Positions 39,409 to 50,022 of a stretch of 64,000 nucleotides of DNA are shown piece after piece. Position 1 is the first letter of the stretch. Every line of letters begins with the position of its first letter. This DNA comes from Hyphomicrobiales bacterium. GTDB taxonomy: Bacteria; Pseudomonadota; Alphaproteobacteria; Rhizobiales; NORP267. The notes beneath the pieces were generated by a model. The model was not told the origin of the DNA and ran no database searches. It worked only from the letters and a program-made list of their open reading frames with translations. The stretch is from NCBI GenBank assembly GCA_021775875.1, contig JAJFHA010000011.1, positions 74,178 through 138,177 on the forward strand, written 5' to 3'. The translations under genes and the position numbers were made by a program.

Positions 39409-39543
39409 CGTTACCCCGGCGAAAGCCGGGGTCCAGCTGGATGTGTCTATTTTCTTATCAGGCAGACTGGATTCCGGCTTTCGCCGGAATGACGAAAAGG
39501 CGCGTCACAATTTCGTTACCCCGGACTAGTTCCGGGGTCCAGC
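39409..39543. repeat. Cluster of three REP-like hairpin units (forward, inverted, forward)
   Basis: Unit A, 39409-39437: cgttaCCCCGGCgaaaGCCGGGGtccagc. Unit B, 39467-39494, is the reverse complement of cgtcATTCCGGCgaaaGCCGGAATccag. Unit C, 39514-39543: cgttaCCCCGGActagtTCCGGGGtccagc. Confidence 0.85.
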
Positions 39544-39593
39544 GGGTAGCTAGCGATATAATTTCTCAATTCAACTATTTTAAAATGCTCAGA

Positions 39594-39872
39594 TTATTTG
39601 TTGTCAAAATTTGAGATATTTGAGAATAAGTAGCCAATCATTGCACCAATCAAGGCTGCTATGGTTGAAGAGTCTACTTTGTTCGCCAGGGCAAGAATAA
39701 TAATTCCGGGTATAAACGATGCAACGGCAATAAACTGAATTCCGCGAACACCGATTCCCAAGCCTTTTGTACCGTTCTCTCGCGTTGAAGTGTAGCGATT
39801 GAAAATATACCCCACCACAGCTATTGGTATGACGGATGCACAAATAATCTGAATTATCTCTACAGGTGTCAT
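39594..39872 (-). CDS. Small membrane protein, unknown function (AT-rich gene)
   Basis: 92 aa with three hydrophobic segments. Starts 64 bp downstream of the nrdJ stop on the same strand. Visibly lower GC than its neighbours. The alternative frame 39604..39876 looks non-coding. Confidence 0.5.
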   Translation of the reverse strand: MTPVEIIQIICASVIPIAVVGYIFNRYTSTRENGTKGLGIGVRGIQFIAVASFIPGIIILALANKVDSSTIAALIGAMIGYLFSNISNFDNK

Positions 39873-39936
39873 CCAATTCCTATCTGTGCTGGATTCTTGT
39901 TTTCGCCAAACGGACGTATGTGGTTTGGTTTTTTGA

Positions 39937-42900
39937 TCAACTACACCCGCTAGTGCCGCCGCAGGTGTCGCATTTCAGGCAGGTGCCGTTGCGGACCATG
40001 GTGAAGTTGCCGCATTCGACGCAGGCTTCGCCTTCATAACCTCTGGCACGGGCTTGAGCGAGCTGCATGGCTTCGCTGGGAGCCGTTGCTTTCTCGGCCT
40101 CTGTTTCCGGCTCGACCTTGCGGGCGGTTGCTGCTTCGCCCGTTGCAGCGCCGCTATCGGCCAGCGCGCGAGCGCGGGCTTGCAGGGACCCAACGGTTCC
40201 GGAGTCGCTTGCGGTGCCAGATTCCGCGCTTGAAATAACAGTCAATCCATCGCTAACCCTGCCGCGCACCAGGCCTTTGGAAACATGGCCCTGGAAGCTG
40301 CTTGGCTTGCCTTCACTGACCCCGGTCCCCATTGCGGTGGCACCGATATCTTCTGGATTGACATGGGCCAGATCGTGGCGGCCAAGGTAAGAGATAGCCA
40401 ATTCGCGGAAGACATAATCGAGGATGGATGTTGCGTTCTTGATCGCTTCGTTGCCCTGCACCATGCCAGCCGGTTCAAACCGGGTAAATGTAAAGGCTTC
40501 CACATATTCTTCAAGCGGGACGCCATATTGCAGACCGAGCGAGATGGCGATGGCAAAATTATTCATCAGGCTGCGGAAGGCTGCGCCTTCTTTATGCATG
40601 TCGATGAAAATCTCGCCGATCCGGCCGTCTTCATATTCGCCGCTTCTGAGATAAACCTTGTGGCCGCCAACAACGGCCTTCTGGGTATAGCCTTTGCGGC
40701 GATCGGGGAGGCGGTCGCGCCCGACCTTCTCGACGATTTTTTCAACAATCCGCTCCGCCGCAACCGCTGCCCGCTGGGTAGCTGGTTGATCGCTGGCAAT
40801 CGTTTCCGCAATATCGTCTTCATCCTCATCATCGCTCAAAATCTGGGCGTTGAGAGGTTGCGACAGTTTCGATCCATCCCGGTAAAGCGCGTTTGCCTTG
40901 AGGCCAAGCCGCCATGACAACATGTAAGCTTCTTTACATTCCTCAATCGTTGCCGTTCCGGGCATGTTGACGGTTTTGGAAATAGCCCCGGAGATAAACG
41001 GCTGCGCTGCCGCCATCATGTGGATGTGGCTATCTACCGAGAGATACCGCTTGCCGATCCGTCCACAAGGATTGGCGCAATCAAAGACTTCCAGATGTTC
41101 TTGCCTGAGGCCGGGAGCTCCCTCAAGGGTCATGGCGCCGCAACAATAAATGTTGGCTTGTTCGATGTCTTTTTTAGAAAAGCCAATTTCCGCCAGCAGA
41201 TCAAATTCAGGATCTTCGAGGCGGGCGGCATCGATGCCAAGAACATCAACACAGAATTCTTCACCGAGCGTCCATTTGTTGAACGCGAATTTGATATCAA
41301 ATGCTGTGGCTAATCCGCTCTCAATATTAGCGATTCTTTCTGCGGTAAATCCGTTTGCGGCGAGGCTGTCATGGTTGACGCCCGGCCCATCGGCCAGCGT
41401 TCCATTGCCAACTGCGTAACGGATGATTTTGCCAATCCCATCTTCATCATATCCAAGCGTTGCAAGTGCTTCCGGCACCGACTGGTTGATGATCTTGAAA
41501 TACCCGCCACCGGCAAGCTTCTTGAATTTCACCAACGCAAAATCAGGTTCAATCCCCGTCGTGTCGCAATCCATCACCAGGCCGATTGTGCCTGTTGGCG
41601 CGATCACGCTGGTCTGGGCGTTGCGGTAGCCGTGTTTTTCGCCAAGCTCAAGCGCCCGGTCCCAGGCTTTGACAGCATGCTGGACCAGCGTCTTGTCAGA
41701 CGCATTATGATGATCAAGAGGAACGGGGTTTATGTTCAGGGCGCTATAGCCGTCACTGTTACCATGGGCAGCGTTGCGATGATTACGGATCACCCGCAGC
41801 ATTCCGTCCCGATTCTTGTCGAAGCCTTTGAAAGTACCAATCTCTTTGGCCATCTCAGCCGATGTAGCATAGGCGACGCCGGTCATAAGTGCGGTAATGG
41901 CACCACAAAGCGCCCGGCCTTCGTCTGAATCATAAGAGATACCAGCCGACATCAGCAGGCCGCCAATATTGGCGTAACCAAGCCCGAGGGTGCGGTATTC
42001 GTAAGACAGCTTGGCAATTTCCTTGGAAGGGAATTGCGCCATCATCACCGAGATTTCCAGAACGATGGTCCAGAGCCGTGTGGCATGCTCAAAAGAATCC
42101 ACGTTGAAGCTACGGTCTTCGTTGCGGAACTTGATCAGGTTCAGAGACGCAAGATTACACGCCGTATCATCCAGGAACATATATTCCGAACAAGGATTAG
42201 ATGCCCGGATCGGACCGGATTCAGGGCAGGTATGCCAATCGTTGATGGTGGTGTGATACTGGATCCCTGGATCCGCACATGTCCATGCTGCGGTTCCAAC
42301 CTGTTCCCATAGATCGCGTGCATTGACTGTATTGGCAATCTTGCCATCGGTGCGGCGGATCAGGTCCCATTGGCCATCATTTTCAACGGCGCGCAGGAAA
42401 TCATCCGTTACACGGACTGAATTGTTTGAATTCTGTCCCGATACCGTCAGATAGGCATCTGAATCCCAATCGGTATTATAGGTATCGATTTCCAGTTCTT
42501 TATATCCCTGGCGGGCAAACTGGATAATCCTCTGGATATAATTGTCCGGGATATACATTTTTCGGGCGGCACGGATTTCGCGCTTCAGGGCCGGGTTGCA
42601 AGAAGGATCGAAGCAATCGTCGCCGGGGGCTTCGCAATTAACGCATGCCTTGAAAATCAGTTTCAAATGGTGAGCACTGATTTTGGAGCCTGTTACGAGC
42701 GCCGCTACTTTCTGCTCTTCTTTCACTTTCCAGTTGATATAGGTCTCGATATCGGGATGGTCGATATCAATCACAACCATCTTGGCCGCGCGCCGCGTCG
42801 TGCCACCGGATTTGATCGCGCCTGCTGCCCGGTCACCGATTTTCAGGAATGACATCAGGCCGGAGGATTTGCCACCGCCCGACAGGGATTCGCCCTCGCT

Positions 42901-43617
42901 GCGCAAATGCGAAAAATTCGATCCCGTGCCCGAGCCATATTTGAATAGGCGCGCTTCCCGGACCCAAAGGTCCATGATCCCGCCTTCATTGACCAGGTCA
43001 TCGCTAATTGACTGGATGAAACAGGCATGGGGCTGGGGATGCTCGTAAGATGATTTGGATTTTGTCAGCCGGCCGCTTTTATAATCCACATAATGATGCC
43101 CCTGGCTGGGACCATCAATGCCATAGGCCCAATGAATGCCGGTATTGAACCATTGCGGAGAATTCGGCGCACATTGCTGGGTTGCTAGCATAAACCGCAA
43201 TTCATCATAAAACGCGCGGGCATCATCTTCCGAGCTGAAATAATCGCCCTTCCAGCCCCAATAGGTCCAGGTGCCAGCAAGGCGGTCAAAAACCTGCCGG
43301 GCATCCATTTCAGGACCGTAACGTTCGCTTTCGGGAAGTTCGGCAAGTGCCTCCAAATCAGCTTCCGAGCGCCACAGCCATGAAGGAATGGTGTTCTCTT
43401 CAATTTTTTTCAGGCAGGCAGGAACACCGGCTTTGCGGAAATATTTCTGAGCAATGATATCAGCCGCAACCTGCGACCAAGCAGCAGGGACGGCAATATC
43501 TTCAAGCTTGAATACGACAGACCCGTCCGGGTTCCGGATCTCACTGTTCGTGGTCCGGAATTCGATTGTCTGATACGGAGATTGATCCCCGTTGGTATAA
43601 TGCCGCCTAATTTGCAT
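39937..43617 (-). CDS. nrdJ: Vitamin B12-dependent (class II) ribonucleotide reductase
   Basis: 1226 aa with the active-site region [23 protein letters not shown] and a C-terminal zinc ribbon [28 protein letters not shown]. The long form is typical of alphaproteobacteria. Confidence 0.95.
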   Translation of the reverse strand: MQIRRHYTNGDQSPYQTIEFRTTNSEIRNPDGSVVFKLEDIAVPAAWSQVAADIIAQKYFRKAGVPACLKKIEENTIPSWLWRSEADLEALAELPESERYGPEMDARQVFDRLAGTWTYWGWKGDYFSSEDDARAFYDELRFMLATQQCAPNSPQWFNTGIHWAYGIDGPSQGHHYVDYKSGRLTKSKSSYEHPQPHACFIQSISDDLVNEGGIMDLWVREARLFKYGSGTGSNFSHLRSEGESLSGGGKSSGLMSFLKIGDRAAGAIKSGGTTRRAAKMVVIDIDHPDIETYINWKVKEEQKVAALVTGSKISAHHLKLIFKACVNCEAPGDDCFDPSCNPALKREIRAARKMYIPDNYIQRIIQFARQGYKELEIDTYNTDWDSDAYLTVSGQNSNNSVRVTDDFLRAVENDGQWDLIRRTDGKIANTVNARDLWEQVGTAAWTCADPGIQYHTTINDWHTCPESGPIRASNPCSEYMFLDDTACNLASLNLIKFRNEDRSFNVDSFEHATRLWTIVLEISVMMAQFPSKEIAKLSYEYRTLGLGYANIGGLLMSAGISYDSDEGRALCGAITALMTGVAYATSAEMAKEIGTFKGFDKNRDGMLRVIRNHRNAAHGNSDGYSALNINPVPLDHHNASDKTLVQHAVKAWDRALELGEKHGYRNAQTSVIAPTGTIGLVMDCDTTGIEPDFALVKFKKLAGGGYFKIINQSVPEALATLGYDEDGIGKIIRYAVGNGTLADGPGVNHDSLAANGFTAERIANIESGLATAFDIKFAFNKWTLGEEFCVDVLGIDAARLEDPEFDLLAEIGFSKKDIEQANIYCCGAMTLEGAPGLRQEHLEVFDCANPCGRIGKRYLSVDSHIHMMAAAQPFISGAISKTVNMPGTATIEECKEAYMLSWRLGLKANALYRDGSKLSQPLNAQILSDDEDEDDIAETIASDQPATQRAAVAAERIVEKIVEKVGRDRLPDRRKGYTQKAVVGGHKVYLRSGEYEDGRIGEIFIDMHKEGAAFRSLMNNFAIAISLGLQYGVPLEEYVEAFTFTRFEPAGMVQGNEAIKNATSILDYVFRELAISYLGRHDLAHVNPEDIGATAMGTGVSEGKPSSFQGHVSKGLVRGRVSDGLTVISSAESGTASDSGTVGSLQARARALADSGAATGEAATARKVEPETEAEKATAPSEAMQLAQARARGYEGEACVECGNFTMVRNGTCLKCDTCGGTSGCS

Positions 43618-43964
43618 TTCTAAAGTATCCCCCGTTCACCTGGCAGATACAATACCGCCAGGGTGCTGCCATACAGCACGCTGATATCCAACTCCTGAAT
43701 TCCTTCAACACCGCCCCTCGCATTCCCGAAAGCCCGTTTGGCCTTAATCCGGAAACGAGCGCCCTATTTTTTTGACGTAACTCCTTGAAATTACGCAGTT
43801 TATTGTCACAAATCAGCAAAAATACGCGACGCAAATATCCCGCACCAAAATCAAATCGATTTTCGGTGATTTCAGACCCCGCCGATACCGTTCTGGCATC
43901 GCCGATTTTACGGATTTTAACTGGTGTTGTTGGCGAAAGACTCATAACCATCAACCGAATTCGA

Positions 43965-43993
43965 GATTACGCTGACTCGCGTTTGTCCGTCAA
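43965..43993 (-). promoter_or_regulatory. Candidate sigma70-type promoter for nrdJ (implies a leader of about 340 nt)
   Basis: On the minus strand: TTGACG (43993-43988), a 17-nt spacer, then GTAATC (43970-43965). Hexamer match only. Confidence 0.25.
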
Positions 43994-44429
43994 GAACTAG
44001 TAGGTCCGGATGAACAAACCCCTAAATATTGATTATAATGTGTAAAAACTGGGGATGAAGTGTTGATGAAGCGTGGAAAACGGAAAGCATTGCGCATCAT
44101 TATGAGGTCCTCAAAAAGTATAACCCAATCAGATATCTATCCGGGTAGGTGGGTTGTTCAAGGCTTGACGACCGCTGATACTGTGGCCGAATCTGAATGG
44201 TTTCTTGTTTCAACCCCAATTGGACTTTAACGACGTCTCCAATCAACTTGGAAGGATGTTCGATTTTGCTTCCGGTTTTCCCCAAATAGGTAATTTCTGT
44301 AGATATCAGCAAAATATTTTTTAATTTTTTTTGTAAAACCCCCATAAATCGCATGTGCGGATAGTCTGGACACATTCAGCACAAGGCGGCATAGTCGCCC
44401 TGTCTTGAAAAGAGAGCTTTTTTGATTCC

Positions 44430-44813
44430 ATGAAACTATTTTTCTTGAGGATTTTCACCTGGTGGAACGGTCAAACCGTTGGCACATGGTTTTACACCTG
44501 GCGAAAAGGCAAGCGGGTCGGTGAAGACGAAATTGGTAACATTTATTACCAGACCGCGGACGGGTCCAGGCGCTGGGTAATCTATAAAAATGAGACTGAT
44601 CCTACAACCGTGCCTGCATCGTGGCATGGCTGGCTGCACAAAACCGTGGATGAGACGCCTGAACAGTCTGATTATCAACCGCAAAGCTGGCATCGTCCGC
44701 ACCGCTCCAATAAAACCGGGTCCGCCGAAGCGTATCGTCCGCGCGGCTCCATATTGGCAGCAGGTAGCAGACCCCGAGCCACAGGCGATTATGAAGCCTG
44801 GAAGCCAGAGTAA
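44430..44813 (+). CDS. NADH:ubiquinone oxidoreductase subunit NDUFA12-like protein
   Basis: 127 aa. FTWWNGQTVGTWFYTWRKGKRVGEDEIGNIYYQ...RRWVIY...PASWHGWLH is the NDUFA12/B17.2 family pattern conserved in alphaproteobacteria. Confidence 0.85.
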   Translation: MKLFFLRIFTWWNGQTVGTWFYTWRKGKRVGEDEIGNIYYQTADGSRRWVIYKNETDPTTVPASWHGWLHKTVDETPEQSDYQPQSWHRPHRSNKTGSAEAYRPRGSILAAGSRPRATGDYEAWKPE

Positions 44814-44836
44814 AAAATCGGAATTTTGTTCCCTTC

Positions 44837-45601
44837 ATGAACAACCCTGATCAACGTCAATCCTGGTCTCCTGATACCTATCAGGAGAATGCCAGATTTG
44901 TATCCGATCTTGGCAATGCGGTTCTCAACTGGCTGTCGCCCCAGGCGGGTGAGCGCATTCTTGATCTTGGCTGCGGCGATGGGGCGCTGACAAAACGCAT
45001 TGCTCAAGCTGGCGTCGATGTAACAGGTGTTGATACCAGCGATGAACTATTAAGCGCCGCCAGAGCCCAGGGGCTGGATGTCCGCTGGATGGATGGCCAC
45101 AATCTTTCGTTTGATCACGAATTTGACGCCGTATTTTCCAACGCCGCCCTGCACTGGATGCTGAAACCCGGTGAGGTCGTAGACGGCGTGCGTCAGGCTT
45201 TGAAACCCGGCGGTCGGTTTATTGGAGAATTTGGTGGTCACGGAAATGTATCCACGATCATCACGGCCATGCGTGCCGCCGCTCGCATCCATGGCGGTAA
45301 TGAGGAATTGGCGGGCCCCTGGTTTTACCCGACTACAGAAGAATATCGGGATTTGCTGACGGGACGCGGGTTTGATGTCAGGCGGATTTCCCTGATTCCG
45401 CGACCAACGCCGTTGCGAACAGGAATTCGGGGGTGGCTGATGACGTTTCGCAAACCGTTCTTTGAACAATATGACGAATCGGTTCAGCCTGCGATATTGG
45501 ATGAAGTTGAGAGCTTGCTGGCGCATACGCTTCGCGACAAAAGTGATAACTGGACGGCGGATTATGTGCGTTTGCGATTTGAAGCGCGGCTCGGGAAATG
45601 A
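44837..45601 (+). CDS. Class I SAM-dependent methyltransferase (Tam-like)
   Basis: 254 aa with SAM motif I ILDLGCGDGALT and a post-I acidic residue (GVDTS). Confidence 0.8.
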   Translation: MNNPDQRQSWSPDTYQENARFVSDLGNAVLNWLSPQAGERILDLGCGDGALTKRIAQAGVDVTGVDTSDELLSAARAQGLDVRWMDGHNLSFDHEFDAVFSNAALHWMLKPGEVVDGVRQALKPGGRFIGEFGGHGNVSTIITAMRAAARIHGGNEELAGPWFYPTTEEYRDLLTGRGFDVRRISLIPRPTPLRTGIRGWLMTFRKPFFEQYDESVQPAILDEVESLLAHTLRDKSDNWTADYVRLRFEARLGK

Positions 45602-45720
45602 TGGACAGCGAAAAAACCCATGATCATGATTGAAAATTGCCAAGCCGCCAGAATATCACCATTTTCCCGCACCATTAGGGGAGCGGGTGGGCACAGACAT
45701 GAAATTTGGACAGCTGATCA

Positions 45721-46143
45721 ATGCAGCACAAAATTATGAACCGGTGCCTTTCACTAACTCTGGCAGGTTTCCTCTTGCTTCCGATTCTAGTCGGGCAGGC
45801 GGGGGCAGAGAAAATATCCAACAACGTCGCCGTCTTTGCCGGCCTCGATAAAATCACCGCACGTATCACCTCGTTTGAGGTTCGCATCAATGAAACTGTG
45901 CAATTTGGCGCCCTCCAGGTAACGCCTCGGGTCTGCTATAACCGCCCAATCAATGAACGTCCGCTAACAAGCGGGTTTGTCGAAGTTGAAGAGGTTTTGT
46001 TAAATAACGAATTGAAGCGGATTTTCACCGGCTGGATGTTTGCTTCAAGCCCGGGCCTTCACGCGGTCGAGCATCCGGTTTTTGACGTTTGGCTCACCAG
46101 TTGCAAAACTGAGTCCGGCGAAACCGATGTCTCCAGCGAATAA
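45721..46143 (+). CDS. DUF2155-like secreted protein
   Basis: Signal peptide [38 protein letters not shown]...[12 protein letters not shown]...HPVFDVWL matches my recollection of DUF2155. The start is ATG 45721 or 45736. Confidence 0.7.
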   Translation: MQHKIMNRCLSLTLAGFLLLPILVGQAGAEKISNNVAVFAGLDKITARITSFEVRINETVQFGALQVTPRVCYNRPINERPLTSGFVEVEEVLLNNELKRIFTGWMFASSPGLHAVEHPVFDVWLTSCKTESGETDVSSE

Positions 46144-46751
46144 AAATCCCCTTCAAGCGCCAGCGCTGCTTCCAGCACATCGTGATATTCGGGACGGTCA
46201 AGTTCTATTGCGCCGAGACTTCGTAAATGCTCGGTCACAAATTGACTGTCGAGAAGCCGGAACCCGCCAGCCCGGAGCCGGGCCACCAGATGAATAAGTG
46301 CGACCTTGCTGGCATCGCGTTCGCGAAAAAACATGCTTTCGCCAAAAAACGCAGCTCCCAGGTGAACTCCATACAATCCGCCAACAAGGCGGCCATCCAG
46401 CCATGCTTCGACGGTATGGCAATGGCCCTGCTCAAAAAGGGCACCATACAGACTTCTGATTCTATCATTGATCCAGGTTTTCATGCGCCCTGATGCGGCT
46501 TCGGCGCATCCTGCGATGACGGCTTCAAAATCCGTGTCGATTTTTATCTCAAATGGCGCGTTTCGAATGGTCCGCGCCAATCGCCGCGATACATGGATAT
46601 TGTCGAGGGGCAAAATGCCGCGTTCTTCAGGCTCGATCCAGTAAAGGGCAGGGTCGTCGGCATTTTCGGCCATCGGGAAAATCCCGCAGGCATAGGCTTT
46701 CAACAGAACTTGTGGCGTAATCTCGAACAGAGAGTTTGACGATAGGTCCAT
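46059..46751 (-). CDS. aat: Leucyl/phenylalanyl-tRNA--protein transferase
   Basis: [14 protein letters not shown], ...[13 protein letters not shown], and a GNAT-like core. The start is ATG 46751 or TTG 46769, which lies 3 nt after the accC stop. Confidence 0.9.
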   Translation of the reverse strand: MDLSSNSLFEITPQVLLKAYACGIFPMAENADDPALYWIEPEERGILPLDNIHVSRRLARTIRNAPFEIKIDTDFEAVIAGCAEAASGRMKTWINDRIRSLYGALFEQGHCHTVEAWLDGRLVGGLYGVHLGAAFFGESMFFRERDASKVALIHLVARLRAGGFRLLDSQFVTEHLRSLGAIELDRPEYHDVLEAALALEGDFYSLETSVSPDSVLQLVSQTSKTGCSTA

Positions 46752-46772
46752 CGAAAATGCGCACTCCAATAA

Positions 46773-48122
46773 TTATTCAGCAGAATTGTCAGCTAAAAAA
46801 GTCTCAAGCCAGTGGATATCATACTGGCCGTCGAGGATGTCCTGATTTGATATCAATCGCTCGAATAACGGCACGGTCGTATCTACACCGTTGATGACCA
46901 GCTCAGACAGCGCACGCCGCAACCGCATCAGACATTCGTTGCGGGTTTGGCCATGCACAATCAGCTTTCCGATCAGGCTGTCATAATAGGGCGGAATTTC
47001 ATAACCCTGATAAACACTGGAATCGACCCGGACGCCAAGACCGCCTGGTTGGTGAAAATATTCGATTTTGCCAGGTGAAGGGCGAAATGTTTCCGGATGC
47101 TCGGCATTGATCCGGCATTCAATCGCATGGCCGGTAAATTTGATATCTTCCTGTTTCAGGGTCAGGGCCCGACCGCTGGCAACCTTGATTTGCTCATTGA
47201 TCAGATCGATCCGGGTAATCATCTCGGTCACCGGATGTTCGACCTGGATGCGGGTATTCATTTCGATGAAATAAAATTCACCATTCTCATACAGAAATTC
47301 GATTGTACCGACGCCGCGATAGCCAAGATTGGCCATGCCGTCAGCAACGATTTTACCCATGCGTTCGCGGGTTTCTGAATTGAGCGCCGGTGAGGGGGCT
47401 TCTTCCCATATTTTCTGGTGACGGCGTTGCAGTGAGCAATCACGCTCGCCCAGATGAATCGCATTGCCCTTGCCATCACCTAGAATCTGGAATTCGATAT
47501 GGCGCGGGGTATCGAGATATTTTTCCAGATAAACGGTGTCGTCACCGAAATTGGCAGCGGCTTCCGATCGGGCTGCGGAAAATGCCTCGCCCAGCACTTC
47601 GGCATTTTCAGCCACTCTCATGCCACGGCCACCGCCGCCGGACGCGGCCTTGATCAGTATGGGATACCCGATCTCCTGGGCAATTTTCCGGGCGTCTTCA
47701 ATTGTGGGGACTTCGCCCTCTGAACCCGGCACTGTCGGAATTCCCAAATCAGCCACCGTTTGCTTGGCGGTGATTTTGTCGCCCATCAACCGAATATGCT
47801 CAGCGGTGGGTCCGATAAAAACAAGTTTGTGCTCTTCGAGGATTTCCGCAAACCGGGCATTTTCCGAGAGAAAACCGTAACCCGGATGCACAGCATCGGC
47901 ACCGGTAATTTCGCAAGCCGAGAGGAGCGCCGGGATATTCAGATATGAATCGCGCACCTGCGGCGGACCAATACAGACGCTTTCATCCGCAAGGCGCACA
48001 TGCATGGCTTCGGCATCTGCCGTTGAATGAACGGCCACCGTCTGGATGCCTAATTCCTTGCAGGCTCGCAAAACTCTGAGAGCGATTTCCCCGCGATTGG
48101 CAATCAGGACTTTTTCAAACAT
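46773..48122 (-). CDS. accC: Acetyl-CoA carboxylase, biotin carboxylase subunit
   Basis: 449 aa with [17 protein letters not shown], an ATP-grasp body, and the full-length pattern. Confidence 0.97.
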   Translation of the reverse strand: MFEKVLIANRGEIALRVLRACKELGIQTVAVHSTADAEAMHVRLADESVCIGPPQVRDSYLNIPALLSACEITGADAVHPGYGFLSENARFAEILEEHKLVFIGPTAEHIRLMGDKITAKQTVADLGIPTVPGSEGEVPTIEDARKIAQEIGYPILIKAASGGGGRGMRVAENAEVLGEAFSAARSEAAANFGDDTVYLEKYLDTPRHIEFQILGDGKGNAIHLGERDCSLQRRHQKIWEEAPSPALNSETRERMGKIVADGMANLGYRGVGTIEFLYENGEFYFIEMNTRIQVEHPVTEMITRIDLINEQIKVASGRALTLKQEDIKFTGHAIECRINAEHPETFRPSPGKIEYFHQPGGLGVRVDSSVYQGYEIPPYYDSLIGKLIVHGQTRNECLMRLRRALSELVINGVDTTVPLFERLISNQDILDGQYDIHWLETFLADNSAE

Positions 48123-48136
48123 GCGCCCTGAACACC

Positions 48137-48625
48137 TTATTCAATAACAACGAGTGGTTCGCCAAACTCAACCGGTTGGGCATTCTCAACCAGAATTTCC
48201 GTAACCTTGCCGCTGCACGTTGCTGTAATGGCATTCATGGTTTTCATGGCTTCGACAATCATGATTGTCTGACCGGCCTTAACCTCTGATCCCACTTCGA
48301 CAAAAGCCGGAGCGCCTGGCTCAGCTGATAGATAAACAGTGCCGACCATTGGAGATTTAACCACATTGCCGCTGGGTTCGGCGATGGAAGCCTCTGTCGC
48401 TACCGGTGCGGCCGCAATGGGCGCTGGTGCCGCCAGGGGTGCGGCAGGAACGGCTGCAACGGTAACTGGAGCACTTCGTTCGCGCGCTACCCGAATACGC
48501 ATGCCAGACAGCTCTACCTCGATTTCAGATAGATCAGACTCATTCAGCATCTCCGCCATTTCGCGGATCAGTTTTGTGTTGACTGGATTTGGTGATTTCG
48601 CCATAGGTCGGCTGCCTTGGGCCAT
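48137..48625 (-). CDS. accB: Acetyl-CoA carboxylase, biotin carboxyl carrier protein
   Basis: Ala/Pro-rich linker and biotinylation motif IVEAMKTMN. The start could be ATG 48604. Confidence 0.93.
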   Translation of the reverse strand: MAQGSRPMAKSPNPVNTKLIREMAEMLNESDLSEIEVELSGMRIRVARERSAPVTVAAVPAAPLAAPAPIAAAPVATEASIAEPSGNVVKSPMVGTVYLSAEPGAPAFVEVGSEVKAGQTIMIVEAMKTMNAITATCSGKVTEILVENAQPVEFGEPLVVIE

Positions 48626-48677
48626 TTGATTACAATACTCTATTCTTGCTCTGGTGCGTTTCCCAGCTAAAGGAATT

Positions 48678-49121
48678 TCACAACTGCATCAGCGAGTCGT
48701 ATACCGCATCCAGTGCCAATTGATACCCTTTCGGCCCAAAACCGCAAATGATTCCCATCGCTGCTGGGGATACATAGGAATGGTGCCGGAATTCATCACG
48801 GGCAAATATGTTTGATAAATGCACTTCTATAACGGGGACGGAGAGCGCTTTAAGTGCATCCAGTAGCGCCACCGAAGTGTGGGTATAGGCGGCTGCATTG
48901 ATGATAAGCGCCGCGCCGTCGCGTCCTGCTTCCTGGATCCAGTCAACCAACATGCCCTCGTGGTTGGATTGTCGAAATTCAATATCCAGACCCAAAGTCC
49001 CGGCGGTATCGCGGCAAAGCGCCTCGATATCTTCCAGGCTGGCTTGCCCGTAAATATCGGTTTCGCGGGTGCCAAGCAGATTGAGGTTGGGGCCATTCAG
49101 GATGAAGACCGGGCTGGACAT
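48678..49121 (-). CDS. aroQ: Type II 3-dehydroquinate dehydratase
   Basis: 147 aa with [17 protein letters not shown] and [15 protein letters not shown]. Classic aroQ-accB-accC order. Confidence 0.95.
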   Translation of the reverse strand: MSSPVFILNGPNLNLLGTRETDIYGQASLEDIEALCRDTAGTLGLDIEFRQSNHEGMLVDWIQEAGRDGAALIINAAAYTHTSVALLDALKALSVPVIEVHLSNIFARDEFRHHSYVSPAAMGIICGFGPKGYQLALDAVYDSLMQL

Positions 49122-49139
49122 AAATTTACTCCAGTGGGG

Positions 49140-49922
49140 TTAATTGGTTGCGGACACAAGCCGCGCCCGCTCATCGGCGATACGCTGCTTGAGTTCTTCA
49201 TAGCCGACAGCGCCGATAACAAGTTGACTGCCAATAACATAACTTGGCGTGCCGTTGATTCCGAGTGCCTGTGCCATTTGAAGCGTTTCTGACAAGGTGT
49301 TGATGATAGACTGGTTTTCGGAATCTGTCAGGATGCGGGTGGCGTCCATGCCGGCTGCCTGGGCAACTTCCATGGCGGCGTTGCCATCAACACCACCAGG
49401 CCTGGTCAAAAGCTGGCGATGAAATTCGTAAAATTCCTCTTCACCAATCGCGGCGACAGAAAATTTTGCGGCTGCAATTGAAGCTGGTCCAAGCACCGGA
49501 AATTCTTTCAACACGACCCGCAAATCTGGGTCTTCTTCTAGAAGCCGGTCAAGGTCGGACAGAGCACGACGGCAGAAGCTGCAATTATAATCAAAAAACT
49601 CGACCAGCGTGATATCGCCATTCGGATTGCCGGTTACAAAATCTGTCCCGGAATTGAAAATCAATTGGGAATATTGCGCGATCGCCATTTGTTGCTGGGC
49701 AGCCTGTGCCGCAACATCGCGTGCTTCCAACTCTAACAAGGCTTCGCGAACTATCTCCGGGTTCGCCAGGATATATTCATGCACCTGTTCCCCGAAATCC
49801 TGCTCCGGAGGGGAGGCGGAAGCAACTGGCAAATTTTGTCTGTCGGCAATGTAAATCACCGCTATGACCGCCAGCACTGCGGCAAGCGCAAAATTCAGAC
49901 CGAGCATCAGCTTATTGGACAT
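49140..49922 (-). CDS. DsbA-family thiol:disulfide oxidoreductase, membrane-anchored
   Basis: 260 aa with an N-terminal hydrophobic anchor and thioredoxin-fold CxxC in FFDYNCSFCRRA. Confidence 0.8.
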   Translation of the reverse strand: MSNKLMLGLNFALAAVLAVIAVIYIADRQNLPVASASPPEQDFGEQVHEYILANPEIVREALLELEARDVAAQAAQQQMAIAQYSQLIFNSGTDFVTGNPNGDITLVEFFDYNCSFCRRALSDLDRLLEEDPDLRVVLKEFPVLGPASIAAAKFSVAAIGEEEFYEFHRQLLTRPGGVDGNAAMEVAQAAGMDATRILTDSENQSIINTLSETLQMAQALGINGTPSYVIGSQLVIGAVGYEELKQRIADERARLVSATN

Positions 49923-50022
49923 AATTGTTCAATCGCGTTGGTGTTGTCATATTGATCAGGGTTTTGCCCTAAAATCTCAGGATTGCCAACCTGCATTTCG
50001 CCACACCATTAACGCGGTGAGC

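Noticed and set aside
39937-43617. Possible intein or insertion in the very long NrdJ.
   Set aside because: A length of 1226 aa is normal for the alphaproteobacterial long form. The sequence reads colinearly, with no Cys/Ser...HN-Cys splice-junction blocks.
43618-44010. Cobalamin riboswitch in the nrdJ leader.
   Set aside because: I found no B12-box (GCCACTG-like) or conserved GGGAA / GGTG...AATCC core on the minus strand. B12 riboswitches normally control B12-independent reductases, not nrdJ. A covariance-model scan would be decisive.
44021-44046. NrdR box (acaCwAtATaTwgtgt) near TAAATATTGATTATAATGTGT upstream of nrdJ.
   Set aside because: Only the ACAC...TATAAT half resembles the consensus. 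There is no 16-bp palindrome and no tandem second box.
44837-45601. The methyltransferase gene sitting between the NDUFA12-like and DUF2155-like genes, as a possible insertion.
   Set aside because: My memory that the two flanking genes are usually adjacent is not firm enough. There are no repeats or compositional break at the edges.
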